Shown here in pieces: positions 9,961 to 20,218 of a stretch of DNA of 64,000 nt. Numbering within the stretch: position 1 is the first letter of the stretch; every line of letters begins with the position of its first letter. This stretch comes from an uncultured Chloroflexia bacterium (GTDB lineage: Bacteria; Chloroflexota; UBA6077; JACCZL01), in the NCBI GenBank assembly GCA_963765765.1, contig CAVXYC010000015.1, forward strand, positions 96,001-160,000, in the 5' to 3' direction. A program made the position numbers and the translations under genes. Under the pieces are notes generated by a model, which was given only the letters and a program-made list of their open reading frames with translations, made no database searches and was not told where the DNA came from.

Positions 9961-11196
9961 AGCAGCAAGTTCAGGATGACGGATGAAGTGCTCGAGTCTT
10001 ACGTCCGCCAGCTGATCGAGTCACAAACAAGACCCCGAAATCACCGTGGCCTGGCAGGGTGGCGAGCCTACCCTCATGGGCCTAGGATTTCTTCGCGTCG
10101 CTCCGTGGAGCTGGAAAGCAAGTACGCCACGTCAGGGACAGCCATCGAGCACACCATCCAGACCAACGGCACGCTGCTCGACGACGGAGTGGTGCAACTT
10201 CTTTCGGGAGCATGACTACCTGGTTGGGATTAGTCTGGATGGCCCGCGAGAGCTTCATGACGCATACCGAGTCGACAAAGGCGGTGGACCCACATTTGAC
10301 CGAGTGATGAAGGCGATCGGCCTGTTGAAGGAGCATGGCGTCAGCTTCAACATCCTCACCACGGTCCACGCGGCGAATGACGGACCACCCTTTGGAACTC
10401 TACCGCTTCTTACGAGACGAGATTGGCACCCAGTTCATCCAGCTCATTCCTATCGTCGAGCGGGCGACAGCTGAACTTTTGTCGATAGCCAATGAAGGCT
10501 GGAGTAAGCGGCCCGGGGGTGGTTCGCCCGCTTTATCAGCAGGTCGGGGACCTGGTGACGGATCGATCCGTCGGCCCCGAGCAGTGGGGGCGCTTCCTTA
10601 TTGCCGTTTTCGACGAGTGGGTCCGGCATGACGTCGGTACGGTGTTCTTTCAGATGTTCGAGTCTGCACTGGCATCGTGGATGGGATTGCCGCCGTCGCT
10701 CTGCGTCTTCGCTGAGACATGCGGAAACGCGCTCGCCCTCGAGCACAACGGCGATCTCTACTCCTGTGATCACTTCGTCGAGCCCGCTTACAAGTTGGGG
10801 AATATTACGGAGCTACCGATGCTCGAGATGGTCGCCTCGGAGCAGCAGCGCACGTTTGGTGAGGACAAGCGGGACACTCTACCCAGATATTGCCGCGAGT
10901 GCCCCGTCAAGTTCGCCTGCCACGGCGAATGTCCAAGGAACCGCTTCATCAATACTCCCGATGGCGAGCCCGGACTGAACTATCTGTGCGCGGGCTACAA
11001 GGCGTTCTTCATGCACATTGACCATCCAATGCGCGTCATGGGGCAGCTCATACAGCAGGGTCTGCCTGCCGATCACGTCATGGGCATTCTTGCGCAGGAA
11101 GAATCGGCGCTAAAGACCAAGCTAGCCCGTGCCGGGCGCAACGATCCCTGCCCGTGTGGAAGCGGAAGAAAGGTAAAGGTCTGCCACGGGCGATGA
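9961..11196 (+). pseudogene. Anaerobic sulfatase maturase (radical SAM/SPASM with SEC-C tail), 5'-truncated and frameshifted
   Basis: WQGGEPTL, QTNG, ISLDGP, GDLYSCDHFV, CRECPVKFACHGECP and RNDPCPCGSG present; no CxxxCxxC motif seen upstream of SKFRM. Confidence 0.8.
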
Positions 11197-11336
11197 GAGC
11201 GGCTAGGCATAGAGCTCCCGCGGGAAACCTCGGAGAGGCCCGGCCACCCAATGACGCTTGCAAACGACCCCGGATCTTAGGCGTTCAGCTCATCCTCTCC
11301 GGGACTCAGAGCCCACGCTCGCCTGATGGCTCAAAA

Positions 11337-11724
11337 TCAGGATGCGGGAGCAGGACGTGGCTCGGGTGGCTGGCCTCCATCGCGTAGTTCTTGCTTCTCC
11401 GACTTCACGTCGCGAGAAAGTGCGGCATTGAGGGCCGTTCGTATAGCCGCGATTGCCGCCAGCTGACCAATCTGCTGCCAGCTCGGTGAGATGGCCGTGG
11501 CGAGGACGTCAGCGGCGAGCTGGAACTCCAGGCCCCAGCGCGAGATAGCGCGTCAGACCGAGGCGCAGCAGAGTGAATCCTCCGGGGGTCTTGCCTGGAC
11601 GCCGACGCACGAAGGTTACAGTGGTGACCAGACAGCCGATCGCTATTACGATCGCTCCAGCGGCCTCAATGGCCAATCCGAGCCATCGGACACCCTGCGT
11701 GACGAGAGCCTCTGCTAGCTCCAT
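11337..11724 (-). CDS. DUF1622 family membrane protein (frameshifted)
   Basis: RLGLTRYLALG / LEFQLAADVLATAISPSWQQIGQLAAIAAIRTALN. Confidence 0.85.
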
Positions 11725-11965
11725 GTCGCTACTTTCGTCGGTGCCGGCCGCCTCGGAAATATCAAATAACCGAAGTTTCGATCCGTCCGATATTGGCGAC
11801 ACCGTGGAACCGACGCGGCATCCTTTAAGTGTGCCTGGCCACCAGCTCTCGTAGTCGGACACACTTGGTGGCCAAACCTCTCGAGGCCTGACTCTAACGG
11901 TTAGATGCCGTCCGACACATTCCCCGAGACGGGGATTTGAGAGTACCTCCAGGGGCTTCGACTGA

Positions 11966-12252
11966 AGAGCGTATCGAGGCCTGGTGTCGCGTGGACATCG
12001 CCGCTCCATCCGGGTTCTGAAGAAGTCAGGGCTACGGTGCGAGGGCCCTCCGCCGATTCGGAGCACGTTAACGCAACCACTTCCGCTTCGCGTTGCTCAA
12101 GGCTGAGTGGCAGGCCTCTTAGGCTTTCGGCCCGTCCATTGCATACGCCTGAATCGACGAAATCAATGGTCAACGCGATGGGAGTCAGAGAATGGCAACA
12201 AACGTGTCGGCGGATGAGCTATCGAGGATCGAGTCAAAGCTGACTGCGATGC
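11966..12252 (+). repeat. Diverged direct repeat, right copy (decayed GNAT 3' end + spacer + start of intact dksA-like gene)
   Basis: cacttccgcttcgcgttgctcaag.ctgagtggc and cttagg.tttcggccc.tccattgc shared with 9291-9355. Confidence 0.85.
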
Positions 12253-12560
12253 GAATCGAGCTGCAGGGACAAATCGCCACTGAGGAGGACGAGGTCCAGC
12301 AATTTTCCGGAGATCAAGCCGACGAATTCGTTTCCCAGCACGAAGGCGACCTGGGAACGGACACGTTTCTGCAGGAGCGCGCTTTAAGCACCAGGAAAGC
12401 GCTAGAGTCAGAGTTGACGGCCGTGGAGCAAGCGCTGGCTCATATTGCTGATGGCAGCTATGGACAGTGCGAACGATGCGGGCAGCCAATTTCGCTTGAG
12501 CGGCTGCACGCTCGACCACACGCCATTCGCTGTATCGACTGCGAGCGGCAAATGACGTAG
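12192..12560 (+). CDS. TraR/DksA family C4 zinc-finger protein
   Basis: GSYGQCERCGQPISLERLHARPHAIRCIDC. Confidence 0.9.
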   Translation: MATNVSADELSRIESKLTAMRIELQGQIATEEDEVQQFSGDQADEFVSQHEGDLGTDTFLQERALSTRKALESELTAVEQALAHIADGSYGQCERCGQPISLERLHARPHAIRCIDCERQMT

Positions 12561-12586
12561 GCTGGTCAACACAAAGGAGGAGCCAG

Positions 12587-13960
12587 ATGGCCCAGACCAT
12601 AGTGGTCCCACTGGACGGTTCTGAGCTGGGGGAAACAGCTCTACCCTGGGCAGCACTCCTCGCGCGTACGCGTGGGTGCTCAATGACACTGGTTCGTATC
12701 GTTCCCTGGCCGGACCTGCCGGCCGGCGAATTTGGTGAGTACTTCTCACCGAACGTCTACGACGACGTCGTCGCGGCCGAGATCGGAGCCGCGCAGGAAT
12801 ATCTGGACGGTCTGAAAGGACGATTCTCGGCGGACGGTGTGACAGTCGACACAGTCGTGCGTGAGGGTATGGCGGCTGAGGGCATCCATGACGTGGCTGA
12901 TGAGCTGGGCGCGTATGCCGTGGCCATGGCGAGTCATGGGCGTGGAGGCGTGGCGCGGATCGTACTCGGGAGCGTTGCCGAACGCCTCCTTCATCAGGCG
13001 ACGGTGCCAGTGTTCCTGATCCGCGCCGGCGGTCCGACGCGTCCTGCGTCATTGAACCGTATCGTGGTTCCGCTGGATGGCTCCACACTGGCGGAGCGAG
13101 GCTTGGATCAGGCTCGAGAGATTGCCGGACCTGACGCCACTCTTGTCCTCGTGCGTGTAGTTGAGCCTGTTTACGACGTGATGGGTAGTGACGATACAAC
13201 CCTTATCGAGAACACGGAAGCCACGGATCAAGAGGAGATCGAGGTAAGAACGTACCTGGACAACCTCATTGCTGATCGAGGTCCGGGCGCCGGCAAAATG
13301 GAGATCGTTCTCCGTCGTGGACGCTCTGGCCATGAGCTGTTGGAAGCGATTCACGATTCGAACGCCGACGCCGTCGTCATGACGACGCATGGCCGCACCG
13401 GACCTACACGCTGGATCATGGGCAGCGTCGCGGACGAGGTGTTCCGCCATACAGATCGGCCAGTGATGCTCGTGAGCGCCCGTATGCTCACCGCGCGAGT
13501 CGTTGGTCGTTTCCTCGTGCGAGACCTCATGACTAAGGATGTGGAGTTCGTCGAGGAGAACGAAACCGTCCTTTCAGTCGTCCGAAAGGTTCTGCGACGT
13601 CGTGTGTCAGGAGCCCCCGTCTTGAATAAGGATGGCGAGCTCGTCGGAATCATCTCCGAGCATGCGCTGCTCAACTGGCACACAAAGGTGGTAGACGAGC
13701 TTGCGAAGGACGAGGACAATCTCGATCCGGTGAAGTACGCAGAGCGCGTCGGAAGCGACACGATCAAGAACCTCTTCACGAAGCCGGCTATCTCCATAGA
13801 TGAGTCAGCCGATTTGAGCTCCGCGACGCGGATGCTCATTGACCACCGGATCCGTCGCTTAGCGGTTACCAGTAACGGACGGCTCGTGGGGGTTATCTCC
13901 CGTGCTGACATTCTCAAGGGGATGGCGGCAAATTGGGAGACGCTCTCGGTTAAGGAGTAG
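12587..13960 (+). CDS. Tandem universal stress protein domains fused to a CBS pair
   Basis: Two IVVPLDGS...HGR.G..R..LGSVA units, then VRDLMT...GAPVLNKDGELVGIIS and RRLAVTSNGRLVGVISRADIL. Confidence 0.9.
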   Translation: MAQTIVVPLDGSELGETALPWAALLARTRGCSMTLVRIVPWPDLPAGEFGEYFSPNVYDDVVAAEIGAAQEYLDGLKGRFSADGVTVDTVVREGMAAEGIHDVADELGAYAVAMASHGRGGVARIVLGSVAERLLHQATVPVFLIRAGGPTRPASLNRIVVPLDGSTLAERGLDQAREIAGPDATLVLVRVVEPVYDVMGSDDTTLIENTEATDQEEIEVRTYLDNLIADRGPGAGKMEIVLRRGRSGHELLEAIHDSNADAVVMTTHGRTGPTRWIMGSVADEVFRHTDRPVMLVSARMLTARVVGRFLVRDLMTKDVEFVEENETVLSVVRKVLRRRVSGAPVLNKDGELVGIISEHALLNWHTKVVDELAKDEDNLDPVKYAERVGSDTIKNLFTKPAISIDESADLSSATRMLIDHRIRRLAVTSNGRLVGVISRADILKGMAANWETLSVKE

Positions 13961-14040
13961 TCATGCTGGGTGGGGCGCTTGGCGGACGGTGTGTTCGCGG
14001 CGCCTCACCTGGCTCTCTCGCGGGGGTAGGCGAGCCGCGT

Positions 14041-14631
14041 CTACTTCCGCAATTGCTGGACGGCTGCCCAACCTGCCGGAAGAACGAGTGCCCCAACGAG
14101 AATTTTCAGGGCGTCGCCAACCAGGAACGGCGCAACGCCAGCGTCAAATAAGGCTCCCACTGGAACGAATCTCGCCAGGCCGCTGACCCCGCAGACGTAG
14201 ATCATGGCCTGTCCCGCGAGCATGGCCAGTAATGCCGTGTGCACGCGTCGATCCCAGTTTCGTTCGGAAAGCCAGCCCGTTAGCCAGGCCGCCACGACGA
14301 AGCCAACAAGGTAACCAGCGGTTGGGCCAAAGATGGTCGGCACGCCCGGGATACGTGTCGGTGACCATGCGGTCATTCCACCGGCGAAGACCGGGAGGCC
14401 GGCAAGCCCCTCACCGAGATACGCCAGCAATGCCAGTGAGCCCAGGCGCGGTCCCAGCAACGCACCTGTCAACAACACAGCCAGAGTCTGGGCTGATACG
14501 GGCACGGGTGTATTTGGGAGCCAGACGGCGACTGACGCCGAAACTGCCACAAACAAGCTCGCGGCAATGACCAGGAGCGCATCCTGCCACACGCGGCGAC
14601 GTGGCGCCGCTGCATCGATCATGACTGCCAT
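14041..14631 (-). CDS. bioY: Biotin transporter BioY
   Basis: PVPVSAQTLAV, GLPVFAGG, GPTAGYLVGF, PFLVGDALK. Confidence 0.9.
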   Translation of the reverse strand: MAVMIDAAAPRRRVWQDALLVIAASLFVAVSASVAVWLPNTPVPVSAQTLAVLLTGALLGPRLGSLALLAYLGEGLAGLPVFAGGMTAWSPTRIPGVPTIFGPTAGYLVGFVVAAWLTGWLSERNWDRRVHTALLAMLAGQAMIYVCGVSGLARFVPVGALFDAGVAPFLVGDALKILVGALVLPAGWAAVQQLRK

Positions 14632-14673
14632 GAGACCTCCGAAATTACCGCGCGTCTGTGTTGATCTATGCGT

Positions 14674-15471
14674 CTAAAGACCAGTGATGTGATAGCCGGC
14701 ATCAACAAAGAGAATCTCGCCGGTAATACCACGGGCCATCGGGCTACAGAGGAAGAGTGCCGTGCTGCCTACCTCGGCCGCGTCCACATTTCGCTTGAGC
14801 GGGGAGCGCTTTTCCATTTCCTCTTCCATGACCGTGAATCCTGAGATGGATCGAGCTGCCAGGGTGCGGATTGGGCCGGCCGAGATCGCGTTGACACGGA
14901 TGTTTTTTGGACCCAGCTCCAGCGCTAGATAACGAACGCTCGATTCAAGTGCGGCCTTGGCCACGCCCATGACATTGTAGTGTGGCACGGCGCGCTCTCC
15001 GCCGAGATAGGTCATGGTCAGGACGCTGCCACCGCTACGCTTCTCCATAAGCGGCTCAGCGCGCTTGACCATGGCTGTCAGCGAGTACGCGCTGATGTCC
15101 AGAGCCATATGGAAGTTGCTGCGTGATGTATCAGTGAAGCGTCCTTCCAGATCTTCCTTCGCGGCGAAGGCGACACTGTGCACCAGGATGTCTAGCCCAT
15201 CGAACTGCTTGCCGACCTCACCGAACACGGTATCCAGGTCTTCGTCACGGGTCACGTCACATGGAAAAACAGGAGCGTCCTGACCAAGTGAGCTGGCGAG
15301 CTCGCGAACCCCGGCTTCGATGCGCTCGCCTTGATACGTAAACGCCAGTCGGGCGCCCGCCTCGGCCAGGGACTGGGCTATGGCCCAGGCAATGCTGCGA
15401 CGATTGGCAACGCCAAACACCAGCGCGGTTTGGCCTTCGAGAGCTCGCCCGACGGGAGCGGTCTGCGTCAT
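14674..15471 (-). CDS. fabI: Enoyl-ACP reductase
   Basis: GVANRRSIAW, YNVMGVAKAALE, SAGPIRTLAA. Confidence 0.95.
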   Translation of the reverse strand: MTQTAPVGRALEGQTALVFGVANRRSIAWAIAQSLAEAGARLAFTYQGERIEAGVRELASSLGQDAPVFPCDVTRDEDLDTVFGEVGKQFDGLDILVHSVAFAAKEDLEGRFTDTSRSNFHMALDISAYSLTAMVKRAEPLMEKRSGGSVLTMTYLGGERAVPHYNVMGVAKAALESSVRYLALELGPKNIRVNAISAGPIRTLAARSISGFTVMEEEMEKRSPLKRNVDAAEVGSTALFLCSPMARGITGEILFVDAGYHITGL

Positions 15472-15529
15472 GTCATTCTCCAGAATGGAACGCTGAGATG
15501 CGGACGGGCGATGACCCGCAAGCCGCCAC

Positions 15530-16350
15530 TCAGTCGAGTTTGCCTAGCTCGCGGGAGCGCTCTGTGGCCGCCAGTACGGCGTTCATGACGATGCCGCGAA
15601 ACCCGCCATTCTCCAGTGCGTGGATGCCTGCCATGGTCGTTCCGCCAGGCGAGCTCACCATCTCCCGCAGTGTAGCCGGATGTCGTTGTGTCTCGAGGAT
15701 CATCTGGGCAGTGCCCAGCGTCGTCTGGACGGCCAGTGTGGTTGCAACATCACGGCCGAGACCCACGCGCACGCCGCCTTCGATCAATGCCTCGATGAAC
15801 AGCGCCACAAAGGCAGGACCGCTGCCGGACAGCCCGGTGACCGCATCGAGATAGGCCTCGGGAAGCGTGACCGCCTGACCCGACGGCGCTAAAGATCTTC
15901 GTCGCTAGCTCTTCGTCGCGCGGTCGAGCGTGCTCGCCCAGGGCGAGCACGGCCATGCCGGCTCGAACGAGCGCCGGAGTGTTGGGCATGACGCGGATCA
16001 CCGGGGTGGGACCTGGCAAAGCGCGCTGAATCGCTCGGATCGGTACGCCCGCGGCTACAGATATGACAAGCTGCTCGCCTCCGAGCACCGGCCCCACCTC
16101 ACCCAGGAGCTTGGGCACATCCTGCGGCTTCACGGTGAGGATGACGATCTCACCATGTGAGGCAGCTTCGGTATTGCTCTCGACTTGTGCGAATTCCGAG
16201 GGATCCGGAAAGCTCGTCGAGTCGATCGGGCCGAACGTCCGTGGCGGTAATCTGTTCCGGACTCACGAGCTTGGAATCGAGAACGCCGCCGATGATGGCC
16301 TCAGCGATCTGGCCGGCGCCCAGGAATACAATGCTCGGAAGATCAGCCAT
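15530..16350 (-). CDS. proC: Pyrroline-5-carboxylate reductase (frameshifted)
   Basis: FLGAGQIA, VKPQ, RVMPNTP and SSPGGTT spread over three ORFs. Confidence 0.92.
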
Positions 16351-16765
16351 GGCTCTGTAGCTGTCCTGATTTCATCTTCTGCGTCGCGCGCTCGAGAAAT
16401 CGGTCAAGGCCCACGATGAACCGCTCGTGCCACCCTTCGCCGATAAGGTCGACCGGATCCCTGGCTTCGACCTTGAAGCGCACGCGCCGCCCATCCACTT
16501 CGACAACCTCTGCGCGGGCGGTCACCTCGAGTCCAATGGGCGATGCCGCGAGATGCTTGATATCGACGACCGTCCCGACACTCGTTTCGCCGTCAGCCAG
16601 GTGGATCGCGATGGCGTTCCAGGACGCGTGCTCCATGAGGCCGATCATGGACGGCGTGGAAAACATTGGCACAGCGCCCTCAACGACTTCATTGGCCGTG
16701 TTTCCTACGCGAACCGTCGTCGTAGCTTCGCCAATCAGCCCAACCGCGAGCGAATCCAATGGCAC
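16343..16765 (-). CDS. Hotdog-fold thioesterase (fluoroacetyl-CoA thioesterase-like)
   Basis: FSTPSMIGLME, SVGTVVDIKHLAASP, IGEGWHERFIV; GTG start inferred from RBS. Confidence 0.85.
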   Translation of the reverse strand: MPLDSLAVGLIGEATTTVRVGNTANEVVEGAVPMFSTPSMIGLMEHASWNAIAIHLADGETSVGTVVDIKHLAASPIGLEVTARAEVVEVDGRRVRFKVEARDPVDLIGEGWHERFIVGLDRFLERATQKMKSGQLQSHG

Positions 16766-17303
16766 CCATCTCCTCCGTAAGGAGCCCAAGGATATCAGAG
16801 TCGGACCCGTGCAATCCCGGCTTGGGAGGGGCCGCGGATTGCGGCCAGCGGAGGCAATGGTTTGGATGAACCGCGACACCGACGATTCGGACTGTAGCGA
16901 GAGTTGGAGCCGCGCTACCGCACCTCGCACTCGAGCCCTTCGGGCCTCGGTCGTTTTATCCCGCACCCCAGACGGACTCCGGGATAGAATTCCGTCGCAT
17001 GGTCCGGCTCGTTCTTCGGCTCATGATGGTGCGCACGCCGACTCACTGGGCGCGAGCGTCGTGACCATCGAGCCATCCCAGAAAAGACGCACAGCCTCTG
17101 GTGGATTCCCACGTTGATGCACTGGGGCCGGATCGGCTTTCCGGCCTGGCGCTGTGCCCCCGGCCACTTCGATTCGGGGCAGAAACACTGTCTTTATCAT
17201 CGGCGACGCCAGGCGGCGGCGCTGAGCGCGGCAATCAACGGAAACGTCCTGGTGTTAGTCGGTCGAATGCGTCGGCGCGTCGAAGGGCGCGGGTCGCCAC
17301 GCG

Positions 17304-19361
17304 TTGATTAGCTCCAAGGACAATCGGGCCACCTTCATCGGTTGGATCGTCGTCGGCATCGCGGCGGTGCTGCGCCTGGGCTGGCTGGATCTCGCCGCTT
17401 ATCAGTACGACGAGGCTGACGTCCTTCTGCGTGTCTTCGACATGCAGGGAGGACAGATCCCTCTCACCGGCGCAATGACCTCATGGGGGGTGCCGGATCC
17501 GCCCATGATGGTCTATTTCGCAGCTCTGGTGGCGTGGCTCCCTCAGCCGGCTCTTGGCATCGCGGGCCTGGTAGCGGTCATGAACGTGATCGCGGTGGGA
17601 GTTACGTACGTCGCAGCCTTACGTCATTTCGGACTCTGGACCGCCCTTGCCGCGGGTCTGTTGTTCGCGGTCAATCCCTGGGCAGTGTATTTCGGGCGGC
17701 GATTCTGGACGGAGATCCTGCCTGTCTTCACGGCGGTCGCATTCTGGGCCACCCTGGAGATCACACAGCGGCGAGATCCGCGATGGCTCCCCGTGCTTGG
17801 CGCCGCCCTCGCAACCCAAATTCAGGCGCGGCTTCTCGGTGGCCTCTATGTTCCAGCGGCTCTCATCTCAACATTGCCGGTTGCCTATCGGTGGGGGCGC
17901 TCCATTGCGCTGACCGCCGTCATCGTCCTGGTGATTTCATCGCCGTTCATCATTTACGTCGCCACGTCGCTCGATGAGATCTTGCGTGCGCTGAGAGAGG
18001 GCAGTCGAGGACTGTCATCCGAAGCAAACGCCGGGCTTCTGGATCTGGTGCGGTGGACGATCTCAGGTGAGCATCTACTGCCCCTGGAGAATCGTCGACT
18101 GACCGACCTTCAATGGCTTGGAGGCCTCGTCAAGCTCGTTGGTATAGCGACGGCAGCGCTGCTGGTTGCCGGCGCTGCGCTGAGTGTCGTGGCTACGGTG
18201 CGCCGCAACTCCGGATGGACTCGGTATCCTATCTTGCTTCTATGGGCTATCACGCCCATCGCACTTCTGGCGGCGCAAACATCCTCCCTCTACCTTCACT
18301 ATCTCGTCGTTCTCTCGCCGTTCCCGTTCCTACTGATGGGATTGACCATCGGTTGGCTCATGAATGGCGGGCGGTTGGACACGACGGGACACGTGCCTGT
18401 GCGGTCGATTCCACGGGGCAGCCTGCGGCTTGGTGGAGCGCTGCTGTTGATCTTCGTGGTCTACGTGCAGTCCAGCCTCACGCTGTCGCTCTACTCAACG
18501 CTGCGGATCTATGACGTTCGGGACGACGAGCGGCAATCACCGCCAGCGCAGTCGCAGACCGCGGCCGCTCAGATAGCCGAGAGCGGGCCAAGAGAAACGG
18601 CGCAGGCGCTGGGTACGGGGGAGACCTATGGGATCGAGATTCCCATGCGTTACTGGCTCGACGTACGGTCCGTTGCTTTGAGACTTGCACGTGCGATGCC
18701 CACGTCAGAGGTACTGGTGCTGACGGAAGGGACGATTCCAATCGCGGAGGAGCGCCCGGCGATGGTGGAGGGGATGATTGGACCAGAGCTTCGCGGTCGC
18801 TATTTGCGGCCATTGAGCCTGGCGATCCCGCTCAATCGACCGTCGTTGGTGCTGGAGACCTGGGGGCTTGATCCGGCCGAGCCATTCCAGCGGCTGGGTG
18901 ACCGGCTAGAGACTGTGCCGTTGCCCACGAGTAGTCGCAACTCTCGTGACGCGACTCGTTTCTATCGCATCCCTGCCCGGACGGTGGACGAATGGTCAGC
19001 GCTCTCGGACGGCAACCTGAACATGAATCTGGGTGGAGCGCGGATTGTTGGCGCGCGTGGCCCCGAGCGCGTCCGCTCTGGGGAAACGATTGAACTTGTG
19101 ACGTATTGGATCGTTGAGCCTGGGATCGAGTTGACAGCCGAGAAGGTCTTCGTGCGTCTCATCGATCAGCGCGGCCAGCGCGTAGCAACCAGTGAGCTGA
19201 TGCTATCGGACGATCTCTACGAAGCCCGTGAGACGCTCGGGGTGGTGCTCCGCCATGATCTCGAAGTGTCTAGCCGCGCCGCCCCCGGTGAGTATCGATT
19301 TGAGGTTTCGACAGGAGATGACTCGACATTCGCCGCGCGGACGGAAGTGATGGGGCGGTAG
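17304..19361 (+). CDS. GT-C (ArnT/PMT-like) membrane glycosyltransferase with C-terminal extracellular domain
   Basis: LRLGWL...YDEA, PP motif, AAGLLFAVNPWAVYFGR, many hydrophobic segments. Confidence 0.75.
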   Translation: MISSKDNRATFIGWIVVGIAAVLRLGWLDLAAYQYDEADVLLRVFDMQGGQIPLTGAMTSWGVPDPPMMVYFAALVAWLPQPALGIAGLVAVMNVIAVGVTYVAALRHFGLWTALAAGLLFAVNPWAVYFGRRFWTEILPVFTAVAFWATLEITQRRDPRWLPVLGAALATQIQARLLGGLYVPAALISTLPVAYRWGRSIALTAVIVLVISSPFIIYVATSLDEILRALREGSRGLSSEANAGLLDLVRWTISGEHLLPLENRRLTDLQWLGGLVKLVGIATAALLVAGAALSVVATVRRNSGWTRYPILLLWAITPIALLAAQTSSLYLHYLVVLSPFPFLLMGLTIGWLMNGGRLDTTGHVPVRSIPRGSLRLGGALLLIFVVYVQSSLTLSLYSTLRIYDVRDDERQSPPAQSQTAAAQIAESGPRETAQALGTGETYGIEIPMRYWLDVRSVALRLARAMPTSEVLVLTEGTIPIAEERPAMVEGMIGPELRGRYLRPLSLAIPLNRPSLVLETWGLDPAEPFQRLGDRLETVPLPTSSRNSRDATRFYRIPARTVDEWSALSDGNLNMNLGGARIVGARGPERVRSGETIELVTYWIVEPGIELTAEKVFVRLIDQRGQRVATSELMLSDDLYEARETLGVVLRHDLEVSSRAAPGEYRFEVSTGDDSTFAARTEVMGR

Positions 19362-19410
19362 AGCGTCTCTGAGCGCCGCGCGGCTCAATGCCATCTAACC
19401 CATGTGGAAG

Positions 19411-20145
19411 TCATTTCGCGTCGTGGAAGATGATCCCGAGGGTTGATCGCTTGCCTCGGCGGATGCGGCTTACACCGTGGCGCACGTTGGCTCGATAGTA
19501 TCCGCGCGTGCCTTTAATCGGTCTGTAGCGAGTGGTGAAGATCACCAGGGCACCTTGCACCGGCTGCAGGGCCTCGCCGATTGACTGAGCCCGAGGTCTC
19601 TGCTCCACGAGAATGAACTCACCGCCGTCGAAATCAACCGAAGGCTTTGAGAGAAACGCTGTGATCTGCAGAGGGAACCAGATCTCGCCGTAGAGATCCT
19701 GATGGAGGCAGTTGTATCCGCCCTCGTTGTAGCGCAGTAAAAGCGGCGTTGGACGGGTCTGCCCCGACTTATGACAGTCGTCCAGGAACTCCTCCAGTCG
19801 ATCAGGATAGGTAACCGTCTGTCCCAGCGCCTGCTCTAGTTCCGATGCAATCCTAGCTAAGTGTCCGAAGAGCGCGCTTCGAAGCTCCGTGACTTCCGGT
19901 GGAAGCGGGTACTGAAAATATTTGTACTCGCCTATTCCAAAGTTGTGCGCAGCCATGTCGATACGCTTTCGAAATCGCGATTCGTCTTCGTAGAGTGAGT
20001 CCAGGGCCGCGCATTCTTCTTGCGACAGAATTGCTCCGGTCTGAGCATAGCCGTAGCGCCAGAGCGACGACTCGATCGCGGGCCAGTCGAGCGCGTCGAT
20101 GCGATTGGAGATTGTCGTCGCATGCTTCTTTTCTGTCGCTGTCAT
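19411..20145 (-). CDS. 2OG-Fe(II) oxygenase (Oxygenase-NA/DUF2086 type)
   Basis: RPTPLLLRY, YNCLHQDLYG, EQRPRAQS, RHGVS, LGIIFHDA. Confidence 0.88.
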   Translation of the reverse strand: MTATEKKHATTISNRIDALDWPAIESSLWRYGYAQTGAILSQEECAALDSLYEDESRFRKRIDMAAHNFGIGEYKYFQYPLPPEVTELRSALFGHLARIASELEQALGQTVTYPDRLEEFLDDCHKSGQTRPTPLLLRYNEGGYNCLHQDLYGEIWFPLQITAFLSKPSVDFDGGEFILVEQRPRAQSIGEALQPVQGALVIFTTRYRPIKGTRGYYRANVRHGVSRIRRGKRSTLGIIFHDAK

Positions 20146-20218
20146 TGTGACGTAGCTCCGTTGTAAGTCCGGTGTGTCAGCATGTATCGTCCGCTTAGTT
20201 TTACATAGAGAGGAACAC

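Noticed and set aside
15530-16350. proC and other split genes as true pseudogenes or programmed frameshifts
   Set aside because: Frameshifts are too widespread and lack consistent slippery sites; sequencing indels are more plausible
16780-17300. Gene or ncRNA in the 500-bp divergent gap
   Set aside because: No recognisable protein motif or RNA signature
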